Origin: Ignavibacteriota bacterium
Lineage (GTDB): Bacteria > Bacteroidota > Ignavibacteria > UBA10030
Direction: 5' to 3'
Length of the DNA: 64,000 nucleotides
Assembly (NCBI GenBank): GCA_963727825.1
Contig: CAVSHO010000008.1
Location: 1-64,000 of the forward strand
The position numbers were made by a program, and so were the translations under genes. Positions 29,119-38,710 of this stretch are shown here, in pieces (the stretch's first letter is position 1; each line of letters opens with the position of its first letter). Under the pieces are notes generated by a model. It saw only the letters and a list, made by a program, of their open reading frames with translations, was not told where the DNA came from and searched no databases.

Positions 29119-32100
29119 ATGAATAAAACCTTTCTCGAAATATTGCGTGAAAAAATCATCGTCTTTGATGGCGCTACAGGCACACATTTGCAAGGCCAGG
29201 GTTTAACGCCGGATGACTTTGGCGGCGAGCTACTTGATGGATGCAATGAGTATCTTGTTATCTCAAAGCCATCGGCGGTAGAAAATGTTCACACCGATTT
29301 CCTCCAAGCTGGCTGTGATGTTATCGAAACGAATTCTTTTGGAGGTACACGTGTCGTACTTGCAGAATATGGTTTGCAGGATCGAGCGTATGAGTTAAAT
29401 TTCAAAGCCGCGCAAATTGCAAAGCGCATTGCTCAAGATTATTCGGAAAACGGGCACCAGCGCTTTGTTGCTGGTTCGGTAGGTCCGACTACAAAACTTC
29501 CATCACTTGGACACATAAGCTTTAAAGAAATGGCAGCTGCATATCAAGAACAGGCGAAAGGTCTTGTGGAAGGCGGCGTCGATTTGCTCTGTATTGAAAC
29601 ATGCCAGGATATGCTGCAGGCAAAAGCGGCGTTATATGGGGTGTTCGAGTATTTTTTTCAGGCGAAAAAGAAATTACCTATAATCGTTTCGGTTACAATC
29701 GAATCGGCTGGGACTATGCTGCTTGGTACAGAAATTTCTGCAGCATTGACAAGTATCGAACCCTACGATATTGACATTTTTGGAATGAACTGTGCAACCG
29801 GACCAAAAGAAATGTCCGAGCATGTTCGTATACTAGCCAATTCCAGTCCAAAGCCGATTTTTGTAATGCCGAATGCCGGTATCCCGGAAAATATTGGCGG
29901 GCACCCACACTATCATCTGACGCCAGAAGAGATGACGCAATATTTATCTCGTTTTGTGAAGGATCTCGGTGTAAATATAGTTGGCGGTTGTTGCGGAACA
30001 ACGAAGGAACATATACGCCAGCTTGTGCAAGCGGTTGGAAATCTTACACCGAAGAACCGCAATTATGAGTTTACTCCGAGCGCTTCGAGTCTGTATCAAT
30101 CCACGCCATTTCGTATTGAAAACCCGCCGACACTTATCGGCGAGCGGACAAATGCCAATGGTAGTAAACTCTTCCGCGATTTGTTAGCGAAAGAAGATTG
30201 GGAAGGCATCGTTGCAATGGGACGCGAGCAGGTGAAGGAAGGTGCACATATGTTGGATGTTTGCGCGGCATATGTCGGACGAGATGAAACAGTAGATATG
30301 CGCGAGATTATTACGCGCTTTAATCAACAAGTGACTATTCCGTTAGTGATAGATTCAACAGAGGCAAATGCGATTGAAGAAGCGCTTCAACATATTGCAG
30401 GAAAAGCTATAGTCAATTCCATCAATCTAGAAGATGGTGAAGCGCGTATCAACAAAATTGTGCCTTTGTGTAAAAAATACGGTGCGGCAGTAATTGCCTT
30501 AACGATTGACGAACAAGGAATGGCGAAAACTGCCGAGAATAAACTGTCCATTGCACGGCGCATCTATGACCTTGTTGTGAATAAATATGGTATGAAGCCA
30601 CACGACTTAATTTTTGATACGCTTACATTTACGCTTGGTTCCGGTGATGAAGAATTTCGTCAAGCGGCGATAGAAACAATTGAAGCCATCCGACTTATAA
30701 AAAAAGAATTCCCAGAAGTTAATACGTCTTTGGGTGTCAGCAATGTTTCATTTGGATTGTCGCCAGCAATAAGACAGGTGTTGAATAGTGTTTTCCTGCA
30801 TCACGCTATTGAAGCCGGCCTTGATATGGCGATTGTGCATCAATCAAAAATTCTTCCGCTTTTCAAGATTGATGAAAAGGGACGCGAGCTTGCGCGGCAA
30901 TTGGTTTTTGACGAAAGGCATTACAAAGGAGAAGGAGAGAATCGGAAAGTTGTCTTTGATCCATTGACAGAATTGATGGCACATTACTCCGGCAAGAAAA
31001 AGGAAGAGAAAGAATCGAAGGTCGTTGGTGGAACTATTGAAGAGCGATTGAAGAACCGTATCATTGATGGCAATAAAGTCGGAATAAATGTCGATCTGGA
31101 TGAAGCATTGAAGAATTATGCTCCTCTTGAAATAATCAATACTATTTTGCTCGATGGAATGAAAACTGTTGGGACTTTGTTTGGCTCAGGACAAATGCAG
31201 TTACCTTTTGTTCTTCAATCGGCAGAAGTGATGAAGTCGGCAGTAGCGTATCTTGAACCGTTCATGGAAAAGAATGTTGAGAGCCGCAAGGGAACTATGA
31301 TTATTGCGACTGTTAAAGGCGACGTGCATGACATCGGCAAGAATTTAGTGGATATTATTCTGACGAACAATGGTTATAAAGTAGTCAACTTGGGTATTAA
31401 ATGTTCGATTGAAAAGATGATCGAAGCGGCGAAAGAGCACAACGCAGATGCAATCGGAATGAGCGGTTTGCTTGTAAAGTCAACGCTAGTGATGAAAGAG
31501 AATTTGGAAGTGTTGAATGAACAGAACATCACAATTCCAGTAATTCTTGGCGGTGCAGCACTAACACGGCGTTATGTTGATCAGGATTTAAAACCGGTAT
31601 ACAAAGGGAAAGTCTTTTATGCGAATGATGCATTTGATGGTTTGCATTTGATGGAAGAAATTAAGAACGAGAAGACGAGAGATGATAGAAACGGTCATCG
31701 GGAAGTGGAGGATGAGGAAAAGTTAATTGGTGCGGAAGCAAAGATTGCATTGATACTTGCGGAAGAGGAAAAGACACCAAGGTGCTCTAATATTATTACG
31801 GATGTTGAAATTCCGATTCCGCCTTTCTGGGGATCAAAAGTTGTAAATGACATTTCGCTTGATGAGGTTTTTCATTACATAAACGAAGTCGCACTTATTC
31901 GCGGACAATGGCGAATGGTGCGTGGAAAGAAAAGTGAAAATGAGTACAAACGTATTCTTCAAGATCAGATCTATCCAGAAATAGAAAAAATAAAATTAAA
32001 AATTAAAAACGAAAAACTTCTTGAACCAAAAGTCGTATATGGATATTTTCCATGTCAATCGGATAGGAACGATCTTATAATCTATTCAATACCAGATAAC

Positions 32101-32637
32101 ATTTCGAATTTCCAATTTCCAATTTCGAAATTAAAAGAGTGGCTTCGATTTACATTCCCGCGCCAGAAAGATGATCGCTTCTTGTGTATCAGTGATTACT
32201 TCGCGCCGGTGAATTCAGGTAAGATTGATGTTGTAGCATTTCATCTCGTAACCATGGGAAGGGCAGCATCTGAGTACTCAATGAAGCTTTTTGATTCAAA
32301 TGAATATAAAGAGTATCTTTATTTTCACGGATTGAGTGTTGAGTCTACAGAAGCGCTTGCTGAATTCTGGCATAAAAAGATTCGTGAAGAACTTGGTATT
32401 GCCGGTAAAGATTCGCCGGATATCAAGCGGCTGTTCAGCCAAGGATATCAAGGTTCACGGTTCAGTTTTGGTTATCCGGCTTGTCCGAATCTTGAGGATC
32501 ATAAAAAACTTTTTGATTTGCTTAAACCTGAATGCATTGGCGTATCGATGACCGACGAATTTATGCTGGATCCTGAACAATCTACAGATGCTATTATTGT
32601 TCATCATCCGGAAGCGAGATACTTTAATATCAAGTAA
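29119..32637 (+). CDS. metH: Cobalamin-dependent methionine synthase
   Basis: GGCCGT, IGERTNANGS, TVKGDVHDIGKN B12 motif, GYPACP activation domain. Confidence 0.98.
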   Translation: MNKTFLEILREKIIVFDGATGTHLQGQGLTPDDFGGELLDGCNEYLVISKPSAVENVHTDFLQAGCDVIETNSFGGTRVVLAEYGLQDRAYELNFKAAQIAKRIAQDYSENGHQRFVAGSVGPTTKLPSLGHISFKEMAAAYQEQAKGLVEGGVDLLCIETCQDMLQAKAALYGVFEYFFQAKKKLPIIVSVTIESAGTMLLGTEISAALTSIEPYDIDIFGMNCATGPKEMSEHVRILANSSPKPIFVMPNAGIPENIGGHPHYHLTPEEMTQYLSRFVKDLGVNIVGGCCGTTKEHIRQLVQAVGNLTPKNRNYEFTPSASSLYQSTPFRIENPPTLIGERTNANGSKLFRDLLAKEDWEGIVAMGREQVKEGAHMLDVCAAYVGRDETVDMREIITRFNQQVTIPLVIDSTEANAIEEALQHIAGKAIVNSINLEDGEARINKIVPLCKKYGAAVIALTIDEQGMAKTAENKLSIARRIYDLVVNKYGMKPHDLIFDTLTFTLGSGDEEFRQAAIETIEAIRLIKKEFPEVNTSLGVSNVSFGLSPAIRQVLNSVFLHHAIEAGLDMAIVHQSKILPLFKIDEKGRELARQLVFDERHYKGEGENRKVVFDPLTELMAHYSGKKKEEKESKVVGGTIEERLKNRIIDGNKVGINVDLDEALKNYAPLEIINTILLDGMKTVGTLFGSGQMQLPFVLQSAEVMKSAVAYLEPFMEKNVESRKGTMIIATVKGDVHDIGKNLVDIILTNNGYKVVNLGIKCSIEKMIEAAKEHNADAIGMSGLLVKSTLVMKENLEVLNEQNITIPVILGGAALTRRYVDQDLKPVYKGKVFYANDAFDGLHLMEEIKNEKTRDDRNGHREVEDEEKLIGAEAKIALILAEEEKTPRCSNIITDVEIPIPPFWGSKVVNDISLDEVFHYINEVALIRGQWRMVRGKKSENEYKRILQDQIYPEIEKIKLKIKNEKLLEPKVVYGYFPCQSDRNDLIIYSIPDNISNFQFPISKLKEWLRFTFPRQKDDRFLCISDYFAPVNSGKIDVVAFHLVTMGRAASEYSMKLFDSNEYKEYLYFHGLSVESTEALAEFWHKKIREELGIAGKDSPDIKRLFSQGYQGSRFSFGYPACPNLEDHKKLFDLLKPECIGVSMTDEFMLDPEQSTDAIIVHHPEARYFNIK

Positions 32638-32739
32638 AAAGTGAAAAGTAAAATATTCGAAGTGAAGAGGAAAAAGTTAGAAGTAGCAATAGAAAACAAA
32701 TTGTCAATAGATGAACGTTAAATAAAAGGATACAACAAC

Positions 32740-33375
32740 ATGCCAAATCTAGTTCTTCTCCGTCATGGAGAATCACAATGGAATCTTGAAAATCGTTTTA
32801 CCGGCTGGGTCGATATTCCTCTCTCGCCAAAAGGCGAAATGGAAGCACACCAGGCAGGTGAAAAGTTAAAAGGATACAAATTTGAAAAAGGATATACGTC
32901 CGTTTTGAAACGAGCGATTGACACAATGGATATTGTGTTGAAAATTATAGGTCAGAGTAATCTTCCGCTTGAACGTGACAAAGCACTGAATGAACGTCAC
33001 TATGGTGCTCTTCAGGGATTGAACAAAGCCGATATCGGCAGGCAGTACGGCGAAGAGCAGTTAAAAATCTGGCGCCGCAGTTATGATGTTCCACCACCGA
33101 AAGATGTGACGGACCTGAATCCTGATGGTGTCAGTGAAAGTTTGAAAGACACGGCCGCTCGAACGCTGCCTTACTTTGAAGCAAAGATCATTCCTGATGT
33201 CCTCGCAGGAAAAAATGTACTTGTTACGGCGCACGGAAATAGTCTGCGTTCGATCGTTATGCGACTCGACAACCTGACAAAAGAACAAGTGCTGGAATTA
33301 AATATCCCTACAGGTGTTCCATTATTATATATCTACAACAGTAATGGGAAAATCACGGAACACCGATATTTGTAG
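32740..33375 (+). CDS. gpmA: 2,3-BPG-dependent phosphoglycerate mutase
   Basis: LRHGESQWN.ENRFTGW, LNERHYGALQG, AHGNSLR. Confidence 0.96.
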   Translation: MPNLVLLRHGESQWNLENRFTGWVDIPLSPKGEMEAHQAGEKLKGYKFEKGYTSVLKRAIDTMDIVLKIIGQSNLPLERDKALNERHYGALQGLNKADIGRQYGEEQLKIWRRSYDVPPPKDVTDLNPDGVSESLKDTAARTLPYFEAKIIPDVLAGKNVLVTAHGNSLRSIVMRLDNLTKEQVLELNIPTGVPLLYIYNSNGKITEHRYL

Positions 33376-33526
33376 AAAAAGGGCAATATTTTAGCAGACT
33401 TTCCGCTTGCATTTCGGTTGTCTCTTTAGCATATTCGATGCGTTAAAAATTGGAGTTGTAATTGCGTAAACCCAAATCGAAAAAGAGACAACTCATCATA
33501 AAAGTTTTTATTCAAGGAGATACATT

Positions 33527-33865
33527 ATGGCGACAAAGATAACTGAAGAATGTATTAACTGTGGTGCTTGCGAACCTGAATGCCCGAATACGGCAATTTA
33601 TTCAAGCGGCACAGCTTATGAATTAAATGGAAAAACATTCGACGCACTATCTAAAGATTTCTATTACATCGTTCCTGAAAAATGTACCGAATGCGTCGGC
33701 CACTTCGATCAAGAGCAGTGTGCTGCAGTTTGTCCGGTCGATTGCTGTGTTCCTGATCCAGATCATGTCGAGACGGAAGAGCAATTAGCGATAAAAGCGA
33801 AACAGATTCATCCTGAAAAAACTTTCGGTGAATTAGACGCATCGAACTCGCATTTCCGCAAATAA
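33527..33865 (+). CDS. YfhL-type 2[4Fe-4S] ferredoxin
   Basis: CINCGACEPECPN and CTECVG...QCAAVCPVDCC. Confidence 0.93.
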   Translation: MATKITEECINCGACEPECPNTAIYSSGTAYELNGKTFDALSKDFYYIVPEKCTECVGHFDQEQCAAVCPVDCCVPDPDHVETEEQLAIKAKQIHPEKTFGELDASNSHFRK

Positions 33866-33885
33866 TAAATTGGCGGTAAATTTTT

Positions 33886-33924
33886 AAGGTCGGTTCTTCC
33901 ATCATCGAGGGGCCGACTTTTTTT
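33886..33924 (+). terminator. Intrinsic terminator
   Basis: ggtcggttctt...gaggggccgact hairpin followed by T-run. Confidence 0.7.
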
Positions 33925-33958
33925 ATTTATGCATAGCTGACTCATCACTGATGATAAG

Positions 33959-34918
33959 ATGATATATTCCATTACACATCGCATCAAATTAAATGCGCTT
34001 GAACTTGGTTTTTCCAAAGTCGGTATTGCGCGAGTTGAGTCATTGAACGAAGAAGGAGTGCGACTGCGCGAATGGCTTGCCCGCGGTTATCACGCATCGA
34101 TGCAATGGATGGAACGCGATGCTGAGAAGCGTGCTGATGTAACGAAAGTTTTCCCAAATGCAAAATCAATAATCTGTGTCGCTCTTAATTATTTTACACC
34201 TTCTCAACAGTCCAATAGTCCTGCTCTTGGTAAGATATCAAGATATGCTTGGGGTGATGATTACCACCTTGTGCTAACAAATCGGTTAGAAAAGTTGTTT
34301 GAATTTATTAAGTCAGAAATTCCTGGAGTGGAAGGAAAGATTTATGTTGATACTGGACCTATGATGGAAAAAGCTTGGGCAGTTCGTACCGGAATTGGAT
34401 GGATGGGAAAACATACGAACGTCATTACGCAAAATTTTGGATCATGGATTTTCCTTGGAGAAATTTTACTGGACGCGGAACTTGAATATGACTTGCCAAT
34501 CTTAGACCATTGCGGTACATGTACTGCTTGTATTGATGCTTGCCCGACGCATGCGCTTGTTCAACCGTATATATTAGATGCGAATAAATGTATATCATAC
34601 TTAACTATAGAGCATCGCGGCGATTTGCCGAATATTCTGACATCAAAATTTGACAACTGGATATATGGCTGTGATGTTTGTCAGGATGTTTGTCCGTGGA
34701 ATCGATTTCAAAAAGAGACGGAAGAACAGGCTTTCCAGCCTCGAGAAGAAAATGTTGCGCCAGAATTGGCAGAACTTGTCAAAATGAGTCAGGAAGAATT
34801 CAATCGGAGGTTCCGAAGAAGTCCCATTAAGCGGACTAAACATTCTGGATTCGTTAGAAATGTAAAAGCTGTATTGGAATCTTTTAAGGATAATGCGCAT
34901 CTTATTAGTAAACAGTGA
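33959..34918 (+). CDS. queG: Epoxyqueuosine reductase
   Basis: SRYAWGDDYH, GSWIFLGE, CGTCTACIDACPT, CISYLTIE, GCDVCQDVCPWN. Confidence 0.96.
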   Translation: MIYSITHRIKLNALELGFSKVGIARVESLNEEGVRLREWLARGYHASMQWMERDAEKRADVTKVFPNAKSIICVALNYFTPSQQSNSPALGKISRYAWGDDYHLVLTNRLEKLFEFIKSEIPGVEGKIYVDTGPMMEKAWAVRTGIGWMGKHTNVITQNFGSWIFLGEILLDAELEYDLPILDHCGTCTACIDACPTHALVQPYILDANKCISYLTIEHRGDLPNILTSKFDNWIYGCDVCQDVCPWNRFQKETEEQAFQPREENVAPELAELVKMSQEEFNRRFRRSPIKRTKHSGFVRNVKAVLESFKDNAHLISKQ

Positions 34919-35018
34919 ACAGCGATGAGTGATCAGTGAACTGCATACTGCGACCTGATCACTGAAAGCTGAAACAATAAATTACTACATGGTAAATCGC
35001 ACAATCACAAAATCGAAA

Positions 35019-35960
35019 ATGTCTAATCATCGCAAAATTATTATTATCGGTTCAGGTCCAGCCGGACTTACTGCCGCACTTTATGCAGGACGCGCAAATC
35101 TCTCACCGCTTGTGTTCGAGGGACAGCAGCCCGGCGGACAATTAACAATCACGACCGATGTAGAAAACTATCCTGGCTTTCCGGAAGGTGTCAATGGCCC
35201 TGAATTGATGGACATCATGCGTAAACAGGCGCAGCGCTTTGGAGCGGAAACAGTATTCCATACGGTTGAGTCGGTCGATATGTCGAAGCGGCCGTTTAAG
35301 GTAGTTGCTGAAGGCGAAGAATTTTTTGCTGAAGCGCTTATCATCGCAACCGGAGCATGCGCGAAGTGGTTAAATATTCCATCGGAAGAAGAGTATAAAG
35401 GATTCGGTGTCTCTGCCTGTGCTACATGCGATGGTTTCTTTTTTCGGAACCAGCATGTCGCGGTTGTTGGTGGTGGCGATACTGCATTAGAAGAAGCATC
35501 TTATCTTACAAACCATGCTTCGAAAGTTTCTATTATTCATCGTCGGCAAGAGTTGCGGGCTTCTGTAGCGATGCGGGAACGGGTGAAGGAGAACCCGAAG
35601 ATTAATTTTATTTGGGATTCAATTGTGGAAGAAATTGTTGGTATACAGGAGAACGGTCACAAGAAAATGACCGGACTCAAGCTTAAAAATGTGAAGACAG
35701 GCTTGATAACTGAGTTTAAGTGTGATGGTTTATTTCTTGGAATCGGACATCAGCCAAATACATCGCTCTTCAAAGGTATGTTAGACATGGATAGTGTAGG
35801 ATATCTTATAACCAAACCTTACAGTACCGAGACGAATGTTCAAGGTGTATTTGCTGCGGGAGATGTTGCAGATCCCAAATATCGGCAGGCAATTAGTGCG
35901 GCTGGTACCGGTTGCATGGCGGCAATTGATGCAGAGCGATTTTTAGCAGAATATAAATGA
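35019..35960 (+). CDS. trxB: Thioredoxin reductase
   Basis: IIGSGPAG, VENYPGF, CATCDGFF, GGGDTA.EEA; start may be 34989 or 35019. Confidence 0.97.
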   Translation: MSNHRKIIIIGSGPAGLTAALYAGRANLSPLVFEGQQPGGQLTITTDVENYPGFPEGVNGPELMDIMRKQAQRFGAETVFHTVESVDMSKRPFKVVAEGEEFFAEALIIATGACAKWLNIPSEEEYKGFGVSACATCDGFFFRNQHVAVVGGGDTALEEASYLTNHASKVSIIHRRQELRASVAMRERVKENPKINFIWDSIVEEIVGIQENGHKKMTGLKLKNVKTGLITEFKCDGLFLGIGHQPNTSLFKGMLDMDSVGYLITKPYSTETNVQGVFAAGDVADPKYRQAISAAGTGCMAAIDAERFLAEYK

Positions 35961-36217
35961 CGACTATGTTAAAAATCAAAAATGAGAAAGGAAAAGTGAA
36001 AACATTTAGTTAATTGTTCTGACATTATATATTTATTGACCTGTTGTGGTTTCCAATCTCTATTGTCGAATTCCCCCAATTATTCGCTAATAAATTCATT
36101 TATTGTATATTTCTTTTTCCGCTTCTTTGTTTGACTTTCCGCCCTCTATTTCATAATTTGTTACGCCATAATAACTTACACTAAAGGCACGAGGCGAGAT
36201 AATCAAGCCCGATCTTC

Positions 36218-37129
36218 GTGAAATTTATGTCTAAAACTGCAAAATGGGTCATAGGCATTATTGCCGCACTCATATTCATATTCGGATTATTTGTCCTAAC
36301 GATAGTCTCGTGGATATTTTCTGACGAAAACGATGAGACGATATCGACTGGCGGCGAAAAGATTGCTGTAGTTGAACTAAAAGAACCGATTGTCTCTTCT
36401 GAAGATATTGTGAGGCAGTTTAAAAAGTATCGTGATAACAAATCGATACGGGCAATAGTTTTTCGTGTTGAATCTCCAGGCGGTGGTGTAGCGGCAAGTC
36501 AGGAAATTTATGAGGAAGTGAAAAAGACTCGTGATGCCGGCAGACCAGTCGTTGTCTCAATGGGCTCTGTGGCGGCAAGCGGCGGGTATTATGTTTCGTG
36601 CGGCGCTACTAAAATTGTAGCAAATCCTGGAACGCTCACGGGAAGCATTGGTGTGATTTTTCAATTCATGCATTTTCAGCAGCTCATGGATAAAATTGGT
36701 GTGGATCAGACAACATTCAAAACGGGAAAGTTTAAGGATTCAGGTTCACCATTTCGTAAGACAACAGAAGAGGAAAAGCAATACTTCAACATGCTTATAG
36801 GCGACGTGTACGATCAGTTTGTCGATGTTGTAGCTGAAGAACGCGGGATGGATCGCAAGGATGTACTGAAGTACGCAGATGGACGTGTTTTTACAGGACG
36901 TCAAGCATTAGAATATGGATTTGTAGACACGCTCGGTACGATGGAAGATGCAATAAATATTGCTGCGGAACTCGGCGGTATTCAGGGTAAACCGAGCGTT
37001 GTGAAAGAGACAAAGAAAAAAACTATCTTTGAGAAACTCATTGGTGATGCAGCAACAGAAGTAACAAAAATTCGGCAGGAATTTTTACAGCAGCCGGTTT
37101 TGCAGTACCGATTCACGTCTCCCAACTAA
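36218..37129 (+). CDS. sppA: Signal peptide peptidase SppA (short form)
   Basis: SPGG, AASGGYY, TLTGSIGV, GKFKD, DGRVFTG. Confidence 0.94.
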   Translation: MKFMSKTAKWVIGIIAALIFIFGLFVLTIVSWIFSDENDETISTGGEKIAVVELKEPIVSSEDIVRQFKKYRDNKSIRAIVFRVESPGGGVAASQEIYEEVKKTRDAGRPVVVSMGSVAASGGYYVSCGATKIVANPGTLTGSIGVIFQFMHFQQLMDKIGVDQTTFKTGKFKDSGSPFRKTTEEEKQYFNMLIGDVYDQFVDVVAEERGMDRKDVLKYADGRVFTGRQALEYGFVDTLGTMEDAINIAAELGGIQGKPSVVKETKKKTIFEKLIGDAATEVTKIRQEFLQQPVLQYRFTSPN

Positions 37130-37146
37130 TATTTCGAGGAGGTTCC

Positions 37147-37443
37147 GTGACAAAAGCAGATATCGTAGAAGTTATTGCATCGGCAACAGGACTAACGAAA
37201 GTAGAAACCGAAGCAGTGGTGGATGGATTCATCATGACGGTTATCTCTGCGATGAAGGAAGGAAAGAATATCGAGATTCGCGGTTTCGGCAGTTTTAAGA
37301 TTAAGAAACGAAAAGGTAGGATGGCGCGCAATCCGCGCACTGGCGCACAAGTAATGGTAGATGAGCATTTTGTTCCGACATTTAAGGTATCGAAAGAAAT
37401 GAAGCAAGTAGTGAATGAAAATTTGAAGAAGGGATTTTCATAA
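37147..37443 (+). CDS. HU/IHF-family DNA-binding protein
   Basis: TKADIV, IRGFGSF, ARNPRTG. Confidence 0.95.
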   Translation: MTKADIVEVIASATGLTKVETEAVVDGFIMTVISAMKEGKNIEIRGFGSFKIKKRKGRMARNPRTGAQVMVDEHFVPTFKVSKEMKQVVNENLKKGFS

Positions 37444-37581
37444 TAGTAAAAAGAAGTTTATCTCGAGGGCGAGAAATAAAAATAGCCGCTAATTCTTCCA
37501 TAAATTTAGGAAAGATGGTAGCTGATATTAATTCAACACAACTCACAACAACGAAGCAGTAATAACAGAAAGGAGCCGCGT

Positions 37582-37677
37582 ATGCCATGTGGTCGTAAGC
37601 GGAAACGCCACAAAATAGCGACACACAAGCGCAAGAAGCGTTTGCGGAAGCAGCGTCATAAGAAGAAATCTCGTTAG
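37582..37677 (+). CDS. Small basic ribosomal protein bS22 (AURKAIP1/COX24-like), missed by the ORF track
   Basis: AAGGAG SD; MPCGRKRKRHKIATHKRKKRLRKQRHKKKSR. Confidence 0.85.
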   Translation: MPCGRKRKRHKIATHKRKKRLRKQRHKKKSR

Positions 37678-37687
37678 TGTATTATCC

Positions 37688-37723
37688 TTTTGCCTGCCGT
37701 GAACTAAAAAACGGCAGGCAAAA
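37688..37723. terminator. Strong hairpin / terminator
   Basis: ttttgcctgccgt-gaactaaaaa-acggcaggcaaaa perfect 13-bp inverted repeat. Confidence 0.65.
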
Positions 37724-37831
37724 TAAGAATATGAAAACCGGGAATGTTAATGTGAGTTGATGAAGATTATAATTTAGATTTAGAATTATTTTCACTTCAA
37801 TTTATAGAATTGTCACATACAGGAGGTTGTA

Positions 37832-38164
37832 ATGGCACAGGAAAATGATGGCATGGCGAAGGGGCTTATTGTTGGGTTCATCACAGGCAGTATTGTGGGT
37901 GCGGCAATCGCGCTGCTTTATGCACCGAAAGCGGGCAAAGAATTGCGCGCCGATTTAAAAGAAAAAGCAGGCGATTTGATGGACGACGCTCAGGAATATA
38001 TGGCGCGGGCAAAATCGACAGCAGTTGATATTATTAATGAAGGAAAACAGAAAGCAGCCTCGCTGGTAGATGATGCACGCCGCAAAGCCGACTCAATTAT
38101 GGGCGATGCAGACCGCGTTATGAATCACGCGCGGACTAAAAGTGAAGGTGGAAAGAACACCTGA
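37832..38164 (+). CDS. YtxH-domain protein
   Basis: G.I.GSIVGAAIALLYAPKAGKELR. Confidence 0.9.
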   Translation: MAQENDGMAKGLIVGFITGSIVGAAIALLYAPKAGKELRADLKEKAGDLMDDAQEYMARAKSTAVDIINEGKQKAASLVDDARRKADSIMGDADRVMNHARTKSEGGKNT

Positions 38165-38219
38165 GCTAATTTTAAATCCAAACAACATTATTCACGAAAT
38201 CCATAAGAGGGAAACTCGA

Positions 38220-38615
38220 GTGGAAACATTAATTCAACTTACAGAAATATTAGCGCTGTCGAGCGCCTCCGCATTGTGCATCTATCTTATCGTTGTCCTT
38301 GTTCGCTTCAATGCACTTTTGCTGGTCTTGCAGCGTGAACTTGTCGATCTAAATAAAAACCTGAAACCTATCCTCGAAAACCTCAATTCAATAACAGACA
38401 AATTGCGGTTGATAGCTATAAAAGTGGATGAACAGGTCGACATGGTGCAAGGAGTTTTTATTGCGTTCAAGCGAATTACAGAAAACGTGACCCGTTTTGA
38501 AGAGCGTTTTCAGTATCTATTGGAAGAACCGCTCATGCGCGTTAGCGCATTGTTTAGCAACGTAATCAATCGCGTTGTATCCATGTTCGGGCGGCGCTCG
38601 CAGGATATCCTCTGA
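38220..38615 (+). CDS. DUF948/YoxC-like membrane coiled-coil protein
   Basis: N-terminal TM plus coil, adjacent to ytxH; GTG start after GAGGG. Confidence 0.65.
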   Translation: METLIQLTEILALSSASALCIYLIVVLVRFNALLLVLQRELVDLNKNLKPILENLNSITDKLRLIAIKVDEQVDMVQGVFIAFKRITENVTRFEERFQYLLEEPLMRVSALFSNVINRVVSMFGRRSQDIL

Positions 38616-38710
38616 CGCATTCCTGAGATTTTTTTTCTGACGACGAATACCCGCTTGTTTGTATAGCGGAGTGCGCGGCGTTGTCATTTTACGAATAGGA
38701 GAAAAACATC

